DNA from: Amoeboradix gromovi X-113
Lineage: Eukaryota > Fungi > Sanchytriomycota
Length of the DNA: 5,356 nucleotides
Assembly (NCBI GenBank): GCA_018985225.1
Contig: JADGIF010000667.1
Location: 1 to 5,356, forward strand
Direction of reading: 5' to 3'
The notes under the pieces: generated by a model
What the model was told of the DNA's origin: nothing
The model's database searches: none
Seen by the model: the letters and a program-made list of their open reading frames with translations, nothing else
Shown here: positions 1 to 5,356 of the stretch, one piece after another
Layout: each line of letters begins with the position of its first letter
How positions within the stretch are numbered: position 1 is the first letter of the stretch
Made by a program: the position numbers and the translations under genes

Positions 1-123
1 GTGGACAGAGATGTGAATGCATGTTTTAATAATCTTCAAGTGATAGATAGTTTGCTAGCGAATGGTGAGAGACCAGGTTGGCAACAAAGGATCACTGACA
101 AAGTAGTTTCGCCTATTGCCTAG
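1..123 (+). CDS. 3' end (partial, runs off the window) of a probable Fanzor/TnpB-family RuvC nuclease, Fanzor1-like C-terminus
   Basis: Frame +1 from base 1 reads VDRDVNACFNNLQVIDSLLANGERPGWQQRITDKVVSPIA* (TAG 121-123). DRDVNAxxN matches the TnpB/Fanzor RuvC-III catalytic motif (RDxNAxxN). The downstream helix followed by G-E-R-P resembles Fanzor1 C-termini. The context is eukaryotic. Only 40 codons are visible. Confidence 0.75.
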   Translation: MDRDVNACFNNLQVIDSLLANGERPGWQQRITDKVVSPIA

Positions 124-222
124 GTGAAGAAATATGGGACACTACTGTGAAAACTTCAACTGGGTAAATCTCGTCACCCGCTTTTTACCCCTAGTCTAGT
201 TTTTACAGAGCATGTCCCAAAT
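64..222 (+). ncRNA. Putative Fanzor omegaRNA scaffold overlapping and following the nuclease stop codon (boundaries approximate)
   Basis: Hairpin 108-115/121-128 (TTCGCCTA/TAGGTGAA, one G-U). Long interrupted stem: 135-141/213-219 (TGGGACA/TGTCCCA), 145-155/198-208 (CTGTGAAAACT/AGTTTTTACAG, one G-U) and 162-168/184-190 (GGGTAAA/TTTACCC). Loop bases 169-178 are complementary to 64-72. The location matches where TnpB/Fanzor guide scaffolds are encoded. Confidence 0.55.
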
Positions 223-943
223 GATAAGAAAGAAAGTTAACCAGTTGTTTCGAAAGGACTTCAAAAAAATACGGATGAGAATTCATCGAAATTGCCACCT
301 GTAGCTCTACCTACTGAAAAGAAGTCCGATTCAGCTTTCAAAGATCCAAAAAAAAAGATAACAAAGAGATTGAAATACATCGAGAATGAAGATCGAGATA
401 AAATACGCTTAATGGATATGGTGCTAGACAGGAAGATCTTAAAAGTTGCTGTTAATTATTTTGTAGTTTTAGGCATTATTTCTGTGATTGCGATGTCGTT
501 GGGACTCCTTGGAATTTTTACTCAAAGATCTTTTGATACAGTTTCTTTGGATACAAGAAGCACTAACTCTATCGACTCTCTAGGTATCCAAGTTAGGGAA
601 TTTGGCTTGTTTACGAGCTGGTCAGACTTTACATCCAACTGCTGCTGTATGCTGTCAAAATCAAGTGAATTAGCTGGTATTGAATACTGGAGGTGCCGGG
701 AAACGGAAATATCAGATTTTAAATACAAAGTTCTTAAGATTTATTTAGGTTCTTCGTCGAGTATCCGCAGATAGTACAGGAAAAAAAGTCGATGGATATG
801 CAATCCGCCCATTTTGCGGTAGATTCTTCATTCAACATGCAGACCCATATTTTAAATCAGACGGGTCAGTCGCCATCGGGACTGGATATAATGATACCAC
901 AACTGCAGGACCTGATTATCAGGCGATGCTTAACTTATGGTAA
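223..943 (+). pseudogene. Uncharacterised single-pass membrane protein with Cys-rich C-terminal region; 5' end missing or uncertain (possibly interrupted by the element, or a short gene starting at ATG 412)
   Basis: Frame +1 is open from 241 to 729 (charged region, then hydrophobic VAVNYFVVLGIISVIAMSLGLLGIF, then WSDFTSNCCC...EYWRC). Removing a 19-nt GT-AG intron (730-748) continues it as VLRRVSADSTGKKVDGYAIRPFCGRFFIQHADPYFKSDGSVAIGTGYNDTTTAGPDYQAMLNLW* (TAA 941-943). The ORF-track start at 292 is TTG. There is no in-frame ATG before 412 and an in-frame TAA lies at 238-240. Confidence 0.5.
730..748 (+). other. Predicted 19-nt spliceosomal intron
   Basis: GTTCTTAAGATTTATTTAG: GT...TAG and AT-rich. 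Removal joins the frame +1 ORF to a 64-codon open frame +2 segment. Its size matches the RPB5 intron. Confidence 0.6.
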
Positions 944-1618
944 AATACATTACATTAAGACGTAGCTCCACAGAAATCACTAATGCGCTTGTCCAAGATG
1001 CTCTGTAAACTATAGGAAATGTTAATACATATCCTAAAAAACACTTGCTTTATTGCAATTGTGGAGCACTGGTTAGAAACTTGAAAAATAACATTAGTGC
1101 TACGTGTGGTATTCTAAAGAAAATCAATTTGGTGACATGCACAAACAGTAATTTCAAATTGCATAACGGCGCCATGGTAGAAATGTACATATACAGACTG
1201 GTTTAATCCAGCCTCGTCGCAACGGAAGCGTGAACAGTCACTGTAATGGAGTTACTGGCATTTCCAGTATCTCTGTGGAAACCCCTGATTTTTAGAAAAC
1301 CTGGACATGTAATGAGAGGCTAAAAAGGTGTAGCATCGAAATGTGAATCACTGCTTTCACTTCCAAACATGAAATCGAAAGCTTTGGATTACGAATACAA
1401 CGAAACACCCATGTCGTTGGTGGGGATTAATTAGTTGTTTTTGAAGTTTTGATTCATTTTATAAAGAGAAGAGCTAATGTAAGCTAATGATTCTGCTAAG
1501 TTCTTTTTGACTAGTAACTGAAATCAAAAAACAGAGGTGCTTAGCAGAGCATTATGAAGTGACTCGCGTCATTGCAACGAATTATTGCGCAACTTGGCGA
1601 ACATTTCATGTATTACAG

Positions 1619-1626
1619 TTGATTGG
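1619..1626. promoter_or_regulatory. Inverted CCAAT box (TTGATTGG) upstream of CBM18 gene 1
   Basis: The 8-mer starts 51 nt before ATG 1670. The same 8-mer starts 47 nt before the paralog's ATG at 4087. Confidence 0.4.
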
Positions 1627-1669
1627 CTTATGACTGGTCCCTTGTTCTCATTAACAAAAATCATAAAAC

Positions 1670-2161
1670 ATGCTTCATTTATTATACACTTCGATTGTTG
1701 CTCAAAATTGTGGAGCCGGAGTGGGTGAGTGTCCAACGATTCAATGTTGTAGTCAATGGGGATGGTGTGGTGTTACAGTAGACCACTGTGGTACAGGTTG
1801 TCAATCTGGATTCGGGAAATGTGGTTTCCCAGTTGCTACTCAAAACGTGTGCCCAACGAAATATTCAACTGATGGAAGATGTAGCGCGGATGTTGCTTGT
1901 ACAGATGGTAACTGTTGCTCAACATATGGATACTGCGGTGATTCAGAAAGCCACTGTGTGACAAACTGCTATAACCAGTGTACTGGGCAGCCAGAAGTTA
2001 CGCTCTGCAGTACAACTTCCACTACTTTATTTGCTAGCACAATTATTACAAGCAGCACAGCTAATCCTACTGCTACGGTATCGCAAGTAGCTACAGAAGC
2101 ATATGAGACAGAAACCGGATATTACGATGATAATGATGAGCTAGTGGATTTACGATTTTGA
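1670..2161 (+). CDS. Secreted chitin-binding protein with two hevein-like (CBM18/Chitin_bind_1) domains and a Ser/Thr-rich tail, 163 aa
   Basis: Short hydrophobic leader [11 protein letters not shown], two 8-Cys modules with CCSQWGWCG and CCSTYGYCG signatures, a Thr-rich linker and an acidic end. AATAAA at 2163-2168. No catalytic domain is visible. Confidence 0.93.
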   Translation: MLHLLYTSIVAQNCGAGVGECPTIQCCSQWGWCGVTVDHCGTGCQSGFGKCGFPVATQNVCPTKYSTDGRCSADVACTDGNCCSTYGYCGDSESHCVTNCYNQCTGQPEVTLCSTTSTTLFASTIITSSTANPTATVSQVATEAYETETGYYDDNDELVDLRF

Positions 2162-2630
2162 TAATAAATTTTGAATTCTACTCTTTTGGACTTATTGTTA
2201 AAACCTCTGGTTTTTCTAAAATCAACAATTTCCACAGATAAACTAAATATCACTGTGTAACAATGGCTGCTCACGCTTTCATATCATTGAGAGGGATGAA
2301 AAAGACATGCATTTATATCACTGGGAAACTTTTGTTTCACTAATCTCTTCCCTTCTATTTGGGCGATAATTACGTTTTAGACCATTTCTAAGTCTAGAAG
2401 AGCGCATTTCGTATCGCTTATTGATTGCTTTAGATTGTCATATTATGACTAAGAATACTCAGTGACACTTGTCATTTATAAGAAAAATCAATAGTCGAGT
2501 TTTTTATCCAGCTCCAAAAATTTATTAAAAGGAACTATCGGAGTAACAACTTTCATTAAGCCAAGATAAGGAGTTTATTCAATCGGAATGCTCAACTGTA
2601 TTTAACATAATCGTGTTGTTACAAAGGAGC

Positions 2631-3265
2631 ATGTCGGATGCTGTACGCCAATTTCGAATTCACAAAACTGTATTTGAGATGCTAAAAGACAGAGGATACA
2701 TTCTAAGCAAGGCAGAACTAGACATGACATATGAACAGTTTGCAGAGAAATATGTAGTGAATAACACTGCTAACAGATCGCAGTTGCACCTGATTTGTGC
2801 GAAGAGGAATAAACCCGAGCAACAAATTTATGTTGTTTACGCAGAGGAGGAGAGCGTTGGTGTAAAAAACATAAGACTTTATTGTGAAAAGATGATTAGT
2901 AACCATATTGAGAGAGGTATACTAATTGTACAAAAGCAGTTAACACCTAGTGCCAAAAAGATTGTAGCTCAAATGAGTCCAAAATACTTGTTGGAGGTTT
3001 TCTTGGAAAGTGAATTAATAGTGAACATAACTAAACATATTTTGGTTCCACAGCATAACATTTTGGAAGACAAAGAGAAACAAAGCTTATTGGATAGATA
3101 GTAATTTTTTAATAATGTAGTAAGCTTAAGGATACACAATTACCGCGAATACAGCAAAACGATCCAGTGGCTAGATATTACGGACTGATCAGGGGGCAAG
3201 TGGTGAAAATATGTAGACCCTCTGAGACTGCTGGTAGATATGTTACTTACCGTATCTGTGTATGA
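2631..3265 (+). CDS. RPB5: DNA-directed RNA polymerases I, II and III shared subunit RPABC1/Rpb5, 204 aa; exons 2631-3100 and 3121-3265
   Basis: [23 protein letters not shown]...TPSAKK...[21 protein letters not shown]. After the intron it reads [48 protein letters not shown] (TGA 3263-3265), the canonical Rpb5 C-terminus. The start is ATG 2631 rather than GTG 2613. Confidence 0.97.
3101..3120 (+). other. 20-nt spliceosomal intron in RPB5 (phase 2)
   Basis: GTAATTTTTTAATAATGTAG. Removal gives TA|T (Tyr) and restores the conserved [16 protein letters not shown] without a gap. Confidence 0.93.
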
Positions 3266-3314
3266 ATAAATATAGCTAATTTACTCGTCAACTTTAACTT
3301 TTTCATGGAGTGCA

Positions 3315-3470
3315 ATGAAACTTCCTACAATTAACTTCCATAAGGGATTTGCAATTGCAAGTTTTGGAATATCTTGCTACTTGGTCGTTGCGATTGTGGA
3401 CACCTATATTACTCGCAAGCATAACAGAAAAGAACACGACAAAAATGTGCTAGATACAATAAATAAATGA
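3315..3470 (+). CDS. 51-aa single-TM microprotein, COX14-like (cytochrome c oxidase assembly factor; tentative)
   Basis: MKLPTINFHKGFAIASFGISCYLVVAIVDTYITRKHNRKEHDKNVLDTINK*. It runs ATG to TGA and fills the RPB5-DUF6787 gap. HKGF followed by one TM helix and a basic/charged tail resembles COX14 architecture. Overlapping AATAAA motifs at 3458-3467. Not in the ORF track. Confidence 0.6.
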   Translation: MKLPTINFHKGFAIASFGISCYLVVAIVDTYITRKHNRKEHDKNVLDTINK

Positions 3471-3487
3471 ATTAAAGGGTTCTTGCA

Positions 3488-3769
3488 ATGTCTTACAGAG
3501 AATGGATTATTCGATGCGGCATATTTGCCATAACAGGATCTACATCTATGATGGTGACGCGGCAAATAGCGAACACTGCTAGCGGCTTGCTTCAGCCAGA
3601 TTTTCAAGAAGTAAGATCCGTTCGACACGGCCCATTGTCATATCAGGCATCTTATTTAATATCTATGATGCCCCTGTATTCCTTAACGTTGTATACGTAT
3701 GCCACAATATTTAGAAGACAAGATTATTTTGGAAAGCTTATAAAACGTATGTGGAGAATAAAAAGCTAA
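3488..3769 (+). CDS. Small two-TM membrane protein, DUF6787-like, 93 aa
   Basis: Motifs IFAITGSTSMMVTR, GPLSYQASYLISMMPLYS and FRRQDYFGKLIKRMW resemble, from memory, the FAITGSS...P(I/L)Y...F family DUF6787. AATAAA at 3757-3762. Confidence 0.72.
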   Translation: MSYREWIIRCGIFAITGSTSMMVTRQIANTASGLLQPDFQEVRSVRHGPLSYQASYLISMMPLYSLTLYTYATIFRRQDYFGKLIKRMWRIKS

Positions 3770-4039
3770 ATCAATTTGAATCTTAATTCACGCTAACTTC
3801 TTCCCAAATCTTGAGCATACATAAATCAAGTTTATTGAAAATTTCAACTGCTTTCTGAAATTAGTTAAATATTCGCGTTTAATTGTCCTACATATCAATT
3901 ATCTTTAAAATAAGATCTGACTTGCACGTTTAACCTCAATCAAAGCATCGCTGGTAACGTAAGTTATGTTCACGGATGATGCCATGATACATAACAATCA
4001 ATGGCGTAACATTGGCTGCGATTGCTCGCACCCCTTGCT

Positions 4040-4047
4040 TTGATTGG
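4040..4047. promoter_or_regulatory. Inverted CCAAT box (TTGATTGG) upstream of CBM18 gene 2
   Basis: Identical 8-mer and similar spacing to the one upstream of the paralog. A second ATTGG lies at 4011-4015. Confidence 0.4.
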
Positions 4048-4086
4048 TTGTTAAATAGCACCCTGAAGACCTTCTCCACTCGAGAC

Positions 4087-4635
4087 ATGTTTTATTTGAT
4101 ATCTGCCGTTATTTTTGCTCAAAACTGTGGTGCAGGTATTGGTTTTTGCCCCACAATCCAATGCTGCAGTCAGTACGGCTTTTGTGGTACTACTGCCGCG
4201 CATTGTGGCACAGGCTGTCAGTCTGCGTTTGGAATGTGTGGTTATCCAATTCCGACATATTCTGTCTGCCCTACAAGATACACAACAGATGGAACCTGTG
4301 GACCAGATGTCGCTTGTAATCCTGGGTATTGTTGTTCTACATATGGATTTTGTGGTAAATCAAATAACCACTGTGTGAGAAATTGCTACAACCAGTGCAC
4401 GGGGCAACCTCCAATTACATTGTGTACTGCTACAAGTACACAATTATTCACCAGTACTTACGCAGCAACAACTACTTTGGCACTTGGCACAACAACAACT
4501 ACCTTGGCTGCTAGTACAACAACAGTTCCTGTTTCAGAAACGACTGCTGCAGCATCACAGGTACAAACCGCTGAAGCCAGCGAGTTGGAAACCGGTTTTG
4601 AAAACGATGAGTTAATTGATCTAAATCTAGAGTAA
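4087..4635 (+). CDS. Secreted chitin-binding protein with two hevein-like (CBM18) domains and a Thr/Ala-rich tail, 182 aa; paralog of 1670-2161
   Basis: ATG 4087 gives MFYLISAVIFA-QNCGAG, colinear with the paralog start (the ORF-track start 4012 is TTG). CCSQYGFCG and CCSTYGFCG signatures are present and all 18 Cys align with the paralog. AATAAA at 4634-4639. Confidence 0.93.
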   Translation: MFYLISAVIFAQNCGAGIGFCPTIQCCSQYGFCGTTAAHCGTGCQSAFGMCGYPIPTYSVCPTRYTTDGTCGPDVACNPGYCCSTYGFCGKSNNHCVRNCYNQCTGQPPITLCTATSTQLFTSTYAATTTLALGTTTTTLAASTTTVPVSETTAAASQVQTAEASELETGFENDELIDLNLE

Positions 4636-4685
4636 TAAATTTGAATAGTCTGATACCACATGTTTCTCATTTAAAAGTAAGTTAT

Positions 4686-5171
4686 TTATTCAGAACCTGC
4701 AGCCATAGTTGCACCCTGAACATTCGTAGCTTGTAGATCGTCATTCTCGTCTTGTTCTGAGTCCTCAATCTTTTTCTTTTTACGAGATTCTGTCAGGTGA
4801 TCCAAATCCTCTGGTTTTCTTTTCAAATTATCTTCTGATTCTTGGCTGTCATCCAAATTCTCACTAGCTTTGCTTACTCCAGATCGCTCTTTCACCATTT
4901 CGATAAATTGATCCTCCGCAATGATCTTTACCTCTCCTCCACATCTCTCCAGTTTGTCCAGGCCTGGGTCTTTTCCAGTAACTAAGTAGTTTGTCTTCTT
5001 GGACAATGCAGTTCTGTACATCCCTCCTCGTTCAGTAATAAACTCTTTGGCTTTCTCTCTTGTGAAATGGTCCATCGCCCCTGTAAATACGAACACCATG
5101 TTTTTTAGGCTATCCTCTTTTAAGGGAATATCAGGTACTTCTTTGCTGATCTTCTTTCCGGTTTTCGGCAT
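4686..5171 (-). CDS. Stand-alone BRCT-domain protein (RFC1 / NAD-ligase-type BRCT) with a charged tail and a probable NLS, 161 aa
   Basis: SLKNMVFVFTGAMDHFTREKAKEFITERGG...LSKKTNYLVTGKDPG.DKL...KIIAEDQFIEMV is the RFC1/LigA BRCT pattern. The tail contains KRK...RKKKK. The stop at 4686-4688 overlaps an AATAAA (4685-4690, minus strand). No AAA+ domain follows. Confidence 0.85.
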   Translation of the reverse strand: MPKTGKKISKEVPDIPLKEDSLKNMVFVFTGAMDHFTREKAKEFITERGGMYRTALSKKTNYLVTGKDPGLDKLERCGGEVKIIAEDQFIEMVKERSGVSKASENLDDSQESEDNLKRKPEDLDHLTESRKKKKIEDSEQDENDDLQATNVQGATMAAGSE

Positions 5172-5356
5172 ATCTTCGTCTCAGTTTTTAGATGTAAAAA
5201 ATACTCCCGTTTTAATTTTAGTTGGACGTGGCATGCATCCTATACACATGGTACGCCAAACAAATCTGTTCTAAATTTTAATTAAATAAACAATCTAATA
5301 TGACTGCATTGGCGATATTGCCCCAATATTCTCATTCTTGACTTCTCTAGCTGTAT

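Larger units (their letters stand above)
1..222 (+). mobile_element. Right-hand part of a Fanzor-carrying mobile element; transposase family and exact terminus not determinable
   Basis: Inferred from the nuclease C-terminus plus the structured 3' region, with an abrupt change to host-like coding sequence after about 222. The left end, TSD and transposase are not in the window. Confidence 0.45.

Noticed and set aside
176-192. GCTTTTTAC resembling U5 snRNA loop 1 (GCCUUUUAC)
   Set aside because: It mismatches the invariant loop, the motif sits partly within a stem rather than a loop, and no Sm site is positioned appropriately.
237-240. TTAA as a piggyBac target-site duplication marking the element end
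   Set aside because: It is not preceded by the GGG terminus expected for piggyBac, and TTAA is common in AT-rich DNA.
522-728. Minus-strand 68-aa ORF
   Set aside because: Antisense shadow of the + strand TM/Cys-rich frame, with no recognisable motif.
1249-1273. Small hairpin GAGTTACTGG-CATTT-CCAGTATCTC
   Set aside because: Isolated short stem with no similarity to the scaffold or to a known RNA; compatible with chance.
121-1430. Reassigned genetic code (TAA/TAG = Gln, as in some aphelids and ciliates) to explain in-frame stops
   Set aside because: RPB5 and the other intact genes use only CAA/CAG for Gln. Three genes end at TAA with AATAAA signals at plausible C-termini. One of the interrupting stops is TGA.
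2162-2630. Hidden gene or ncRNA in the 470-nt gap before RPB5
   Set aside because: Only short frames (e.g. 26 codons from ATG 2263 and a basic minus-strand stretch) without convincing splice or poly(A) support. No tRNA or snRNA motif was recognised. Left unexplained.
2718-2906. Minus-strand 62-aa ORF
   Set aside because: Lies entirely antisense to conserved RPB5.
3404-3628. Minus-strand 74-aa ORF
   Set aside because: Antisense to two better-supported + strand genes.
3770-4086. Minus-strand micro-gene with a 19-nt GT-AG candidate near 3905-3923
   Set aside because: Splicing it gives an immediate stop and no coherent protein could be assembled.
4115-4670. ORFs 4115-4378 (+) and 4458-4670 (-)
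   Set aside because: Alternative-frame and antisense by-products of CBM18 gene 2. The Val/Ala run mirrors the Thr/Ala codons.
4999-5274. Plus-strand 91-aa ORF
   Set aside because: TTG start and antisense to the BRCT gene.
1-5356. CRISPR array, tRNA or rRNA genes, prokaryotic operon signals
   Set aside because: No regularly spaced direct repeats or cloverleaf/rRNA motifs were seen. Introns, RPB5 and poly(A) signals indicate eukaryotic nuclear DNA.

Overview
AT-rich, gene-dense eukaryotic DNA, most consistent with a compact early-diverging fungus or fungal relative: it has RPB5, two CBM18/hevein chitin-binding paralogs, spliceosomal introns of only 19-20 nt and AATAAA signals at the stop codons. 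The most notable element is at the window start and is absent from the ORF track. Positions 1-123 (+) encode the C-terminus of a probable Fanzor (eukaryotic TnpB-family RNA-guided nuclease; RuvC-III motif DRDVNA..N plus a G-x-RP tail). A strongly base-paired region (about 64-222) overlaps and follows it and looks like an omegaRNA scaffold at an element right end. It abuts a 5'-less, Cys-rich single-TM host reading frame that the element may have interrupted. Downstream are CBM18 protein 1, RPB5 (one 20-nt intron), an unlisted 51-aa COX14-like microprotein, a DUF6787-like membrane protein, CBM18 protein 2 and a stand-alone RFC1/ligase-type BRCT protein on the minus strand. All family calls come from motif recognition by eye; no searches were run.
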